In this document: in pieces, positions 9,574 to 19,514 of the stretch
How the letters are laid out: every line of letters starts with the position of its first letter
Position numbering within the stretch: the first letter of the stretch is position 1
Origin: Syntrophobacterales bacterium
GTDB lineage: Bacteria; Desulfobacterota; Syntrophia; Syntrophales; UBA2192
Assembly (NCBI GenBank): GCA_018053845.1
Contig: JAGPKU010000005.1
Span: 1-62,472, forward strand
DNA: 62,472 bases
Direction of reading: 5' to 3'
The notes under the pieces: generated by a model
Databases searched by the model: none
The model's input: the letters and a program-made list of their open reading frames with translations, nothing else
Told to the model about the DNA's origin: nothing
Program-made: the position numbers and the translations under genes

Positions 9574-9802
9574 TGCCGCCGAAGGGCGCGATCTCCCCGG
9601 CGGCGGCACGAGGCGGTGATGAGCCAACGCCTTGAAAACATGAATGAATATCAGGTCTCGGATGCCGGGTTCACTGCGCGGCGGGATTGCGGGACCCTTC
9701 GCGGCGGGTGAGGGGGATGTGAAAAAAAGGACACAATTGTTCCAGATCGGGGTCGTTTCGAAAAAAACACCGCCGACGGGCTCGTCGGGTCGCCGATCCG
9801 GC

Positions 9803-11326
<1,524 letters not shown>

Positions 11327-11522
11327 GTCCTTACCTGTGGGGCTGTCGGAATCCTTATGATTACGGGATTGTCCTCATAGCCGAAAAAAGAACAAAAATC
11401 AAGAACACATCGCATTTGAGGACAAAAATGTCACTGAAGCCCGGGTTCACGGCCAGGAAGGAAAGGGATCGGCGTGATCCCGGGTAACTGAAAAAAAAGC
11501 GGGAACTTTTCCGGGGGGACCC

Positions 11523-13880
11523 TTGTCCAAGGCATCAGAAGTCCTGAAACCAGAGGAGGTACCCTATGAAACCGGCAACACGGATGTCGAGTCTCGTTGC
11601 GCTGATCGCCCTGCGCATGCCGGGGGCGAGGCCCATGCCCGCCCCGAGGCAACGGGCGACCGGACCCTGTCCCCCTACTTCTTCGTGAAGAGCGACGATC
11701 CGTCCCTGGATCGCCTGCCGCTGAAGTCCACCTCGGCCTCCGTCCGGATTGCGGGTGTCATCGCCGATGTCCTCGTCACCCAGATCTACAGGAACGAGGG
11801 GAAGGCGCTTATCGAGGCGCTCTACTTGTTTCCCGCCTCGACCCGGGCGGCCGTCTACGGGATGAAGATGACCATCGGCAGGCGCGTCGTCGAAGCGAAG
11901 ATCAGGAAGCGCGACGAGGCCCGGCGCGACTACGAGAGGGCCCGCGACGAGGGGCGAAGCGCATCGCTGCTCGAGCAGCAGCGCCCCAACGTCTTCCAGA
12001 TGAGCGTGGCCAACATCCTGCCGGGCGACGAGATCCGGGTGGAGATGCGCTACACGGAGCTCATCGTCCCGACGGAGCGGGTCTACGAATTCGTCTACCC
12101 CGCCGTGGTGGGGCCCCGTTCCTGCAGCCGGGGTGCCGAAGCGGCGCCTCCATCGGAGCACTGGGTCCGGAACCCCTTTCTGCAGGAGGGGGAGGCCCCG
12201 GCCCATACCTTCGACGTCTCGACGGAAATCTCGGCGGGCCTCCCGATCCGGGAGCTGGACTGCCCGTCCCACAGGGTGAAGGCCGTCTACGAAAGCCCTT
12301 CGACGGCCACGGTGTCCCTCGATCCCTCGGAGGCGCACGGCGGCAACCGCGACTACGTCCTGCGCTACCGCCTCGACGGGGACCGCATCCAGTCGGGCCT
12401 CCTGCTTTACGAGGGGCAGAAGGAGAATTTCTTCCTGCTCATGATGCAGCCGCCGAAACGGATCACGACCGCGGACATCCCGGGCCGGGAGTACATCTTC
12501 ATCGTCGACGTGTCGGGCTCCATGCACGGGTTCCCCCTGGAGAACTCCAAGAAGCTCATGGCCGACCTGATCGGCAGCCTCAGGCCCACGGACCGCTTCA
12601 ACGTCCTGCTCTTCTCGGGCGGCTCGTCGGTCCTGGCCGAGGAGTCGCTTCCCGCCACGAAGGAGAACATCGCCCGGGCCGTCCACCTCATCGAACGGCA
12701 GCGGGGAGGCGGGGGCACGGAGCTGCTGCCGGCTCTCCGAAGAGCCCTGTCCCTGAAGAAGTCGGACGGGACATCCCGGACCGTGGTCATCGCCACCGAC
12801 GGGTATGTGACCGTCGAGGAGGAGGTCATCGACCTCATCCGGGGCAACCTGGGCGATGCGAACCTGTTTGCCTTCGGCATCGGCACGTCCGTCAACCGCC
12901 ACCTCATCGAAGGGATGGCCCGCGCCGGTATGGGCGAACCCTTCGTGATCGCAAAGCCCGACGAGGCGCAGGCGTCGGCGGAGCGTTTCCGCCGCATGAT
13001 CCAGTCGCCCGTGCTCACGCAGGTCAAGGTCGTTTTCAGGGGGTTCGAGGCCTACGACGTGGAGCCCCCGGCCATCCCCGACGTTCTTGCCGAGCGTCCG
13101 GTGATCGTATTCGGCAAGTGGCGCGGCAGGGCGAAGGGCGCCATCGTCCTGAACGGAATGTCGGGCAACGGGAGGTTTGCCGAGACGCTGGAGGTGGGAA
13201 GCGTGAAGCCCTCGGCGTCCCATGCGGCCCTGCGCTACCTCTGGGCGCGCCACCGGATCGCGATGCTCTCCGACCTCAACGGGCTGCGGGCAAGCGACAG
13301 GCGGAAAGCGGAGGTGACGGAACTGGGCCTCCGGTACCATCTTCTGACGTCAGCCACCTCCTTCGTCGCGATCGATTCGGGGGTGCGGAACGCCGACGGG
13401 AAGCCCTCGACGGTGACACAGCCGCTGTCTCTCCCCCTGGGCGTCTCGGACTGCGCCGTCGGCGGGGCCCTGTTGAAGTCCCAGGCACCGATGGCCGTCA
13501 TGGCCCGAAGGGAAGCCGTGCCCTCCGATGGTCGGCTCCACGCGCAACAGAAGCGGGCCAAGGACGAGGAGAAGGGCAGGCAGGCCTCCCTGACCCTTGC
13601 GGACACCGCCGTTTCCGGGAATCTCTCGAAGACGGACGTACTCAAGGCGCTCGAAGGGCAAAGGCGGGGGCTGGGGTCCTGCCCGGCCGGCACGAAGGGG
13701 AGGCTCGTTGTCCGGCTCGCCGTCCATCCCGACGGCACCGTGAAGGGGGTGCGGGTGCTGTCCGGGACCCTCGCGGGAACAAAGGCGGCGGACTGCATCG
13801 TCGAGCAGCTGAAGAAGGTTCGACTGCCCGCCACGCAGGATGGAAAGGAGGGCAAGGCGGTATTGACGTTTACCGCGTGA
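11523..13880 (+). CDS. VIT domain, von Willebrand factor A domain and AgmX/PglI-type (TonB-C-like) C-terminal domain protein; the start is uncertain
   Basis: VIT domain: SPYFFVKSDDPSLDRLPLKSTSASVRIAGVIADVLVTQIYRNEG...LLEQQRPNVFQMSVANILPGDE. VWA domain with a MIDAS motif: IFIVDVSGSM. C-terminus: GNLSKTDVLKALEGQRRGLGSCP...GRLVVRLAVHPDGTVKGVRVLSGTL...CIVEQLKKVRLP. The track start is a TTG with no signal peptide (see the frameshift finding). Confidence 0.8.
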   Translation: MSKASEVLKPEEVPYETGNTDVESRCADRPAHAGGEAHARPEATGDRTLSPYFFVKSDDPSLDRLPLKSTSASVRIAGVIADVLVTQIYRNEGKALIEALYLFPASTRAAVYGMKMTIGRRVVEAKIRKRDEARRDYERARDEGRSASLLEQQRPNVFQMSVANILPGDEIRVEMRYTELIVPTERVYEFVYPAVVGPRSCSRGAEAAPPSEHWVRNPFLQEGEAPAHTFDVSTEISAGLPIRELDCPSHRVKAVYESPSTATVSLDPSEAHGGNRDYVLRYRLDGDRIQSGLLLYEGQKENFFLLMMQPPKRITTADIPGREYIFIVDVSGSMHGFPLENSKKLMADLIGSLRPTDRFNVLLFSGGSSVLAEESLPATKENIARAVHLIERQRGGGGTELLPALRRALSLKKSDGTSRTVVIATDGYVTVEEEVIDLIRGNLGDANLFAFGIGTSVNRHLIEGMARAGMGEPFVIAKPDEAQASAERFRRMIQSPVLTQVKVVFRGFEAYDVEPPAIPDVLAERPVIVFGKWRGRAKGAIVLNGMSGNGRFAETLEVGSVKPSASHAALRYLWARHRIAMLSDLNGLRASDRRKAEVTELGLRYHLLTSATSFVAIDSGVRNADGKPSTVTQPLSLPLGVSDCAVGGALLKSQAPMAVMARREAVPSDGRLHAQQKRAKDEEKGRQASLTLADTAVSGNLSKTDVLKALEGQRRGLGSCPAGTKGRLVVRLAVHPDGTVKGVRVLSGTLAGTKAADCIVEQLKKVRLPATQDGKEGKAVLTFTA

Positions 13881-13892
13881 AGGCATGAAATG

Positions 13893-13931
13893 CTCGACCG
13901 GGATTCTTCGCCTTCCAGAATGCCGGTCGAG
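13893..13931 (+). terminator. strong hairpin after the VIT-VWA gene; possible U-poor terminator
   Basis: CTCGACCGG-g-ATTCT ... AGAAT-g-CCGGTCGAG gives 14 paired positions and begins 13 nt after the stop codon. The downstream sequence is only weakly T-rich (gggtttcgg). Confidence 0.4.
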
Positions 13932-14065
13932 CAGTGGGTTTCGGAACGAATGCCTGCAGGACCATGACGGATATCGCCCGCGTCTTTCGCTGCCGTGGCG
14001 GGAGAGAATGTTTCTTGACAGGAAGGCCCCCGTGACGGGAAATCGGGGGAACGAAAACAGCCGAG

Positions 14066-14800
14066 ATGACCGCTCCCGTGATTGCCGCCCTGAACCGGAT
14101 GACCGATGACGAGGATGCCGACGCCGTCCTTCGCTGCCGGCGGGGCGATGCGGATGCCTTCGAGGCGCTCGTCGAGAGGCACCAGAAGCGGATGCTCAAC
14201 GTCGCCTACCGGATGCTGGGGGACTGCGACGAGGCCTGCGACGTCGTGCAGGAGGCCTTTCTGGCGGCCTGGCGGGCGATCCGGTCCTTCCGGGGCGAGG
14301 CGAAGTTCTCCACCTGGCTCTACGGGATCGCCGTGAACCGGGCGAGAAACCGGATCCGGCAGTCGCAGGGCCGGTCGCGGCGCGAAACCGCCTCGATCGA
14401 CGACCCGGACGGCCCGGATCAGGCCGGAGCATCTCGAGACCCTTCGGGAGAAAATGAAGTCCCTGGGGCAGGTCCGGGAGACTGTCCAGGCCGCACCCCG
14501 ACCGGGCGCGCCCCTGACGGTCCGCATGGAATTCCGATCCCCATAGTCATCGTTCCCGCAGGTTCGTCTCCCGGTATCCGGGTCCGCCGTCGCCTCCGCA
14601 CGTCCCCGGCGGGCCTGAAATCCTCTTTTATGGAGCGTTTTCGGCGTACCGAGCCACGATCCCCCGCCGGGTCTTTTCCGGTGTCTTTTCTGGTCTGGAA
14701 TTTGCATGACGCTATAAAGGAATTTTTTGCCCTTTTTCTTCCTCATCGGGAGAGTCGAAGGCTCGGGAGTTCACAGCTCCTCTCGATAACCAGGCGTTGA
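14066..14800 (+). pseudogene. ECF (group 4) sigma-70 factor with an intact sigma-2 region and a degraded sigma-4 region
   Basis: Residues ~20-100 are textbook ECF region 2 (RGDADAFEALVERHQKRMLNVAYRMLGDCDEACDVVQEAFLAAWRAIRSFRGEAKFSTWLYGIAVNRARN). After ~14420 the frame encodes P/G/R-rich sequence with no HTH. Faint region-4-like remnants (VRETVQAA..., LPVSGSAVAS) lie in the +1 frame and are interrupted by TAG at 14543-14545. Confidence 0.5.
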
Positions 14801-15152
14801 ATGGGACCGCTGCAGGCGAGGGACCGCCCGGGCCATCCCGCTGCGCGCGGCGGATTGTTCCGAAGGGTTCGCGACACTTTCGACATCGTCCTGTCTCTTT
14901 GCGGATTCCGGAAACATACGGTGGAAAGTTCGCTGTGTCGGATCGACCCGCTGGCATCGGGAGGGACCTGTCCCGGTCCGGGGTTGGCGCCTGCACGGGG
15001 AAGACCGGACGGTAGGAATGCGCGCCGCTGCTGGCGCGGGTCACGGGGAAACGGGGATGCGAACCACGCAGAGAGGATGCGAAGGAAGCCGGCAGGAGTC
15101 TTCAGTACAAAACAGACCAAACCAGATGACAGAGAACAGGAGGAACAAGAAG

Positions 15153-15602
15153 ATGAAGAAAGTATGGATCGGGCTGTTGATCGTCGCGTTGACCGCAGGG
15201 TTTGCATTTGCGCAGGCCAAGGGGACGCCGAAGGAGGCCCAGGCGATGCTGGCCAAGGCCGTGGAGTTCTACAAGGCAAACGGGCAGGCCAAGGCCTTTG
15301 CGGCCTTCGACGACCCGAAGGGCAAGTTCGTCGATCGGGATCTCTACATCTACGTGAGCGACCTGAACGCAAAGATCCTCTCCCACGGGGCGAACAAGGC
15401 GCTGATCGGCAAGACGCTCATCGAGCTCAAGGACTCGGACGGCAAGCTCTTCATGAAGGAGCTGGTCGACAAGGCGAAGACCTCGGCCAGCGGGACGGTC
15501 GACTACAAGTGGACCAATCCGCAGAGCAAGAAGGTCGAAGCCAAGCAGGTGTTCTTCCAGAAGGTGGGCGACGTGGTCCTCGTCTGCGGAGCCTATAAGT
15601 AA
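15153..15602 (+). CDS. periplasmic single-Cache (sCache_2-like) domain protein
   Basis: The track ORF is trimmed to ATG 15153, which has AGGAGG 9 nt upstream. The signal peptide is MKKVWIGLLIVALTAGFAFAQA. The mature part (AQAMLAKAVEFYKANGQAKAFAAFDDPKGKFVDRDLYIYV...DYKWTNP) is typical of small Cache-domain proteins. Confidence 0.7.
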   Translation: MKKVWIGLLIVALTAGFAFAQAKGTPKEAQAMLAKAVEFYKANGQAKAFAAFDDPKGKFVDRDLYIYVSDLNAKILSHGANKALIGKTLIELKDSDGKLFMKELVDKAKTSASGTVDYKWTNPQSKKVEAKQVFFQKVGDVVLVCGAYK

Positions 15603-15615
15603 CGGGGGGCAAACC

Positions 15616-15644
15616 GGGCCGGACGGGACGTGCCCGTCCGGCCC
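15616..15644 (+). other. 12-bp GC hairpin between the Cache gene and the MCP gene
   Basis: GGGCCGGACGGG-acgtg-CCCGTCCGGCCC has no following T-tract. Its function (attenuation, processing or stability) is unknown. Confidence 0.4.
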
Positions 15645-15669
15645 CTGCATCAAAAAAGGGGACGGGACG

Positions 15670-17274
15670 ATGAACAAGATCCTTCGCAACCTGAAGCTGG
15701 CCAACAAGCTCCTGATCGGCCCCGTGGCGGTTTCCCTTTTCCTGCTGCTCCTGGCGGCAGGCACCTATCACGGACTGACGAGCCAGAAGGCGGCCATGGA
15801 CGACATCTACAACAACCGCTTCCAGGGCTACCAGAACAGCTCGGAGATCAGCCGCACGATCGCCAACGTCCACGCCAACCTCTACAAGGTGGTCAGCTGG
15901 GCGGGTGCCAACTACGAGGCCTCCAAGGTGGAGGCCCTGGGCAAGGAGCAGAAGGCCGCCATCGAAAAGAGCATGGCCTTCGTGCAGGGAATCCTGAAGA
16001 GCGCCGCGCTCACCCCGGAGGAAAAGAAGCTCTACGACGCCACCCTGGCCCAGCTCAAGGCCTACCAGGAGCCGGCCCTGGGCCTGCTGGACATCGCGGC
16101 GGCGGACGTCAACGGGGCGGCCCTGTTCATGACGGTGACCGACGAGAAGTACCAGGCCCTCAACAGGACCCTCTCGGAGCTCATGGACCTGGAAAACCGC
16201 CTCGGCAAGGAGAACTACGAGGGATCCATCCGGGAATCGAACCGGCTCATGAGCGTCTTCGCCGTCGTGCTGGCCGTCGTCATCCTGTCGGCCGTCGCCC
16301 TCAACCTGGTCATGGCCCGGCTGATCACGAAGCCGGTGAAGGAATCGGTGGGCGTGATCAAGAAAGTCGCCGAGGGGGACCTGACCCAGGACATCCGCGT
16401 GCTCTCCCGGGACGAGATCGGGGAGCTGGCCGAGTCGGTCAACGCGATGCGCAAGAAGATGGGAGAGGCCGTGGGCCAGTCCATGGCGATCTCCAGCGTG
16501 CTGTCCGACTCCTCGTCCCAGCAGGCGGCCTCCATCGAGGAGACGTCGGCGTCGCTCGACGAGATGGCCTCCATGACGAAGCAGAACGCGGAGAACACCA
16601 CGGCGGCCAATCATCTGATGATGACGGTCCGGGAGGCCATCGAGAAGGCCAACCAGGCCATGACGGAGCTGACCCGGTCCATGACGGAGATCGCTCGGGC
16701 CAGCGAGCAGACCCAGAAGATCGTCAAGAACATCGACGAGGTGGCGTTCCAGACGAACCTGCTGGCCCTCAATGCGGCCGTCGAGGCGGCCAGGGCGGGC
16801 GAGGCGGGCGCGGGTTTCGCGGTGGTGGCAGACGAGGTCCGCAACCTCGCGCTGCGGGCGACGGACTCGGCCAAGGACACGGCCAACCTCATCCAGGACA
16901 TCGTCAACAAGGTGCGCGGAGGCGAGAAGCTGGTCACGGTGACCAACGAGGCCTTCGGCAGCGTGATCGGCAGCTCGAAGAAGGTCCAGGAGCTGATGGA
17001 AGAGATCGCCGCGGCCTCCCGCGAGCAGTCCGACGGGATCCACCAGATCAACCGCGCCGTGGCGGACATGAACCAGGTGACCCAGCAGAATGCCGCCAAT
17101 GCGGAAGAGCTGGCCTCGGTGATGTCCATGTTCCGCGTGGAAAACGCGAAGAAGGCCTCTGCGGGCGGGCCCGTGAAAGGGAACAGGAAAATCGAGGTGC
17201 CGTCAAAGCCGGTGGATTTCACGAGTCCCGACCCCGAGACCGTCATCCCGATGCAGGAGACGAAGCAGTTCTGA
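15670..17274 (+). CDS. methyl-accepting chemotaxis protein (4HB-type periplasmic sensor, HAMP and MA domains)
   Basis: The 534-aa product has two TM segments and a HAMP region (ITKPVKESVGVIKKVAEGDLTQDI). The highly conserved signalling hairpin EVAFQTNLLALNAAVEAARAGEAGAGFAVVADEVRNLA is present. Confidence 0.92.
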   Translation: MNKILRNLKLANKLLIGPVAVSLFLLLLAAGTYHGLTSQKAAMDDIYNNRFQGYQNSSEISRTIANVHANLYKVVSWAGANYEASKVEALGKEQKAAIEKSMAFVQGILKSAALTPEEKKLYDATLAQLKAYQEPALGLLDIAAADVNGAALFMTVTDEKYQALNRTLSELMDLENRLGKENYEGSIRESNRLMSVFAVVLAVVILSAVALNLVMARLITKPVKESVGVIKKVAEGDLTQDIRVLSRDEIGELAESVNAMRKKMGEAVGQSMAISSVLSDSSSQQAASIEETSASLDEMASMTKQNAENTTAANHLMMTVREAIEKANQAMTELTRSMTEIARASEQTQKIVKNIDEVAFQTNLLALNAAVEAARAGEAGAGFAVVADEVRNLALRATDSAKDTANLIQDIVNKVRGGEKLVTVTNEAFGSVIGSSKKVQELMEEIAAASREQSDGIHQINRAVADMNQVTQQNAANAEELASVMSMFRVENAKKASAGGPVKGNRKIEVPSKPVDFTSPDPETVIPMQETKQF

Positions 17275-17367
17275 GCCGGCGGGATTGCGGGCTCCGTTTC
17301 CGTGAAACGCAGGATCTTTCTTCGAGCAGATACACGCAGTTTGGAAAACATATTCAGTTCTGTTGAG

Positions 17368-17405
17368 AATCCCCAACCGGCCTTCGGTTGGGGATTTTTC
17401 TTTCC
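17368..17405 (+). terminator. rho-independent terminator after the MCP gene
   Basis: aatCCCCAACCG-gcctt-CGGTTGGGGatt is followed by TTTTCTTT. Confidence 0.75.
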
Positions 17406-17521
17406 GGACAGGATTTCTTGCCGGTGCCGCCATGCCGGATTTTTCCTTAACTTCCTGTAATGTGGCGTTGCCAGATATCTCTTTTTCTTTGGATGTTTTC
17501 CCGTTCGGTCCCCGCCGCCGA

Positions 17522-19408
17522 TCAGGTCGCTGCAGGAGCCGCCGATTCCATCTCTTTCTTTTTCAGGTGGACCAGGATCGCCGCCAGGGCCGCCTGGGTC
17601 ATGCCGGGGATCCGCCGGGCCTGACCGAAAGAGGAGGGGCGAATCGCATCGAGCTTGCACTTCAGTTCGTTCGAAAGGCTCGGGACCGCGAAGTAGTCGA
17701 TCCCGTCGGGGATTCTTTTTCGCTCCATCTCGCGGAACTTCTCCACCGCCTCGTTCTGTCGCCGGATGTACTCCTCGTAGCGGGCCTCGATCTCGATCTG
17801 CCTCTTGACGGGCGCCTCGACGGCGGGCAGATCGGCGTCGAACACGGCAAGATCGTCATACCCCATGTCGGGCCGCTTCAGGAGCTCGAAGAGTGACAGG
17901 GGCTTGCGGATGGGCAGCGAGCCGCGCTCCGCCAGGATCCGGTTCGACTCGGCCGTGGGGTAGACCGTTCGGGACGCGAGATGACGGATCGTGCTCCCGA
18001 TCCGGGCGACTCGGCCCTGCAGGTCCCGGTAGTGCTCGTCCGGGACGAGACCCAGCGCATGACCCTTTCCCATGAGGCGGATCGTCGCGTTGTCCTCCCG
18101 GAGCAAGAGGCGGTATTCGGCCCGGGAGGTGAACATCCGGTAGGGCTCGTCGACGCCGCGCGTGACGAGGTCGTCGACCATGACGGCCATGTAGGCCTCG
18201 GATCGCTCCAGGACGAAGGGCGGCCGCCCCTGCACCTGCAGGGCCGCGTTGATCCCCGCCCAGAGCCCCTGGGCGGCGGCCTCCTCGTATCCCGAGGTGC
18301 CGTTGATCTGCCCCGCCAGGAAGAGCCCCCGGATGCGCTTGGCCTCCAGGGTCTGCCCGAGTTCCGTCGGCTGGACGTAGTCATACTCGATGGCGTAGGC
18401 CGGGCGCATGATCTCGGCGTCCTCGAGGCCGGGGACGCTGCGGACGATCCGCTCCTGCAGCTCCAGGGGCAGGCAGTTGCCGAGGCCCTTGGCGTAGATC
18501 TCCTCCGTGTCGAGCCCCTCGAACTCCAGGGTGACGGGGTGGCGGCCCCGGTCGGAGAAGCGCATCACCTTGTCCTCGAGGGAGGGGCAGTAGCGGGCGC
18601 TCACCCCCGTGATGACGCCCGAGTAGAGCGGGGACAGTCCGATGTTCTCGCGCAGGAGCCGGTGCGTCTCCTCCGTCGTGTGGGAAAAATAGGAGGGCAG
18701 GCGCTCCTCCCGGAGCCTCTCCGTCGTGTACGAGAAAGGCTGCGGCGCGGGGTCGCTGTCCTGGCGCTCGAGACGCCCGAAGTTGATCGTGGAGGCCTTC
18801 AGGCGGGGCGGGGTGCCCGTCTTCATGCGGCCCATGTCGAAACCGAGGCCGCGCAGCGATTCGGCCAGGCCGATGGAGGCGATCTCGCCGGCGCGGCCCG
18901 CGGGGGTGCGGAAGGTGCCGATGTGGATGAGCCCGTTGAGGAAGGTGCCCGTGGTGATGACGACGGCCTTCGCGGGGTAGAAGAACCCGGTGCTGTCGAG
19001 GACGCCAGCGGCCCGGCCGCCTTCGACGGCGATGCGCTCCACGAGGGCCTGGCGGAGGTGGAGTCCCTTCTGCCGCTCCACGGCGGCCTTCATCGCCAGG
19101 CGGTAGAGCTGCTTGTCGCACTGGACGCGGGAAGACTGGACGGCGGGGCCCTTGGAGGAGTTCAGCAGGCGGAAGTGGACGGCCGTCCGGTCGGCGATCT
19201 TTCCCATCTCGCCGCCCAGGGCGTCGATCTCCTTGACGAGCTGCCCCTTGGCGAGCCCCCCGATGGCGGGGTTGCAGGACATCAGGGCGATGGAGTCGAG
19301 ATTGATGTTGAACAGCAGGGTCTCGCACCCCATCCGCGCGGCCGCCAGGGCCGCCTCGCAGCCCGCGTGCCCCCCGCCGACAACGATGACGTCGTAGTGC
19401 TTTGCCAT
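17522..19408 (-). CDS. mnmG: tRNA uridine-5-carboxymethylaminomethyl(34) synthesis enzyme MnmG (GidA)
   Basis: The 628-aa product begins [33 protein letters not shown]...[21 protein letters not shown] and resembles MnmG along its full length. Confidence 0.95.
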   Translation of the reverse strand: MAKHYDVIVVGGGHAGCEAALAAARMGCETLLFNINLDSIALMSCNPAIGGLAKGQLVKEIDALGGEMGKIADRTAVHFRLLNSSKGPAVQSSRVQCDKQLYRLAMKAAVERQKGLHLRQALVERIAVEGGRAAGVLDSTGFFYPAKAVVITTGTFLNGLIHIGTFRTPAGRAGEIASIGLAESLRGLGFDMGRMKTGTPPRLKASTINFGRLERQDSDPAPQPFSYTTERLREERLPSYFSHTTEETHRLLRENIGLSPLYSGVITGVSARYCPSLEDKVMRFSDRGRHPVTLEFEGLDTEEIYAKGLGNCLPLELQERIVRSVPGLEDAEIMRPAYAIEYDYVQPTELGQTLEAKRIRGLFLAGQINGTSGYEEAAAQGLWAGINAALQVQGRPPFVLERSEAYMAVMVDDLVTRGVDEPYRMFTSRAEYRLLLREDNATIRLMGKGHALGLVPDEHYRDLQGRVARIGSTIRHLASRTVYPTAESNRILAERGSLPIRKPLSLFELLKRPDMGYDDLAVFDADLPAVEAPVKRQIEIEARYEEYIRRQNEAVEKFREMERKRIPDGIDYFAVPSLSNELKCKLDAIRPSSFGQARRIPGMTQAALAAILVHLKKKEMESAAPAAT

Positions 19409-19514
19409 ATCCGCTTCGATTCACGTGGGATCGATCTGCGGCATGTGAACTCGTCCTTGCCTTTGCAGGGACTATTTAATAACATCCCTTCAAAAAAACA
19501 ACCGATTTCCCTGC

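Noticed and set aside
11431-11522. A hairpin GGGATC-ggcgt-GATCCC with flanking CCCGGG sites and an A8 run in the activator / VIT-VWA divergent region, considered as a riboswitch or terminator.
   Set aside because: I recognised no riboswitch consensus. The A/T runs are on the wrong side of the hairpin for a terminator of either flanking gene, so I left it uncalled.
13235-14746. The 503-aa minus-strand ORF across the end of the VIT-VWA gene and the ECF sigma gene.
   Set aside because: It is antisense to two recognisable genes. It has aberrant composition, no RBS and no motifs.
19409-19514. A sigma-70 promoter in the mnmG / radical SAM divergent region (TTGCCT ... TATTTAAT).
   Set aside because: The spacer between the best -35-like and -10-like hexamers is 10-15 nt rather than 16-18 nt, so it is not supportable without transcript data.
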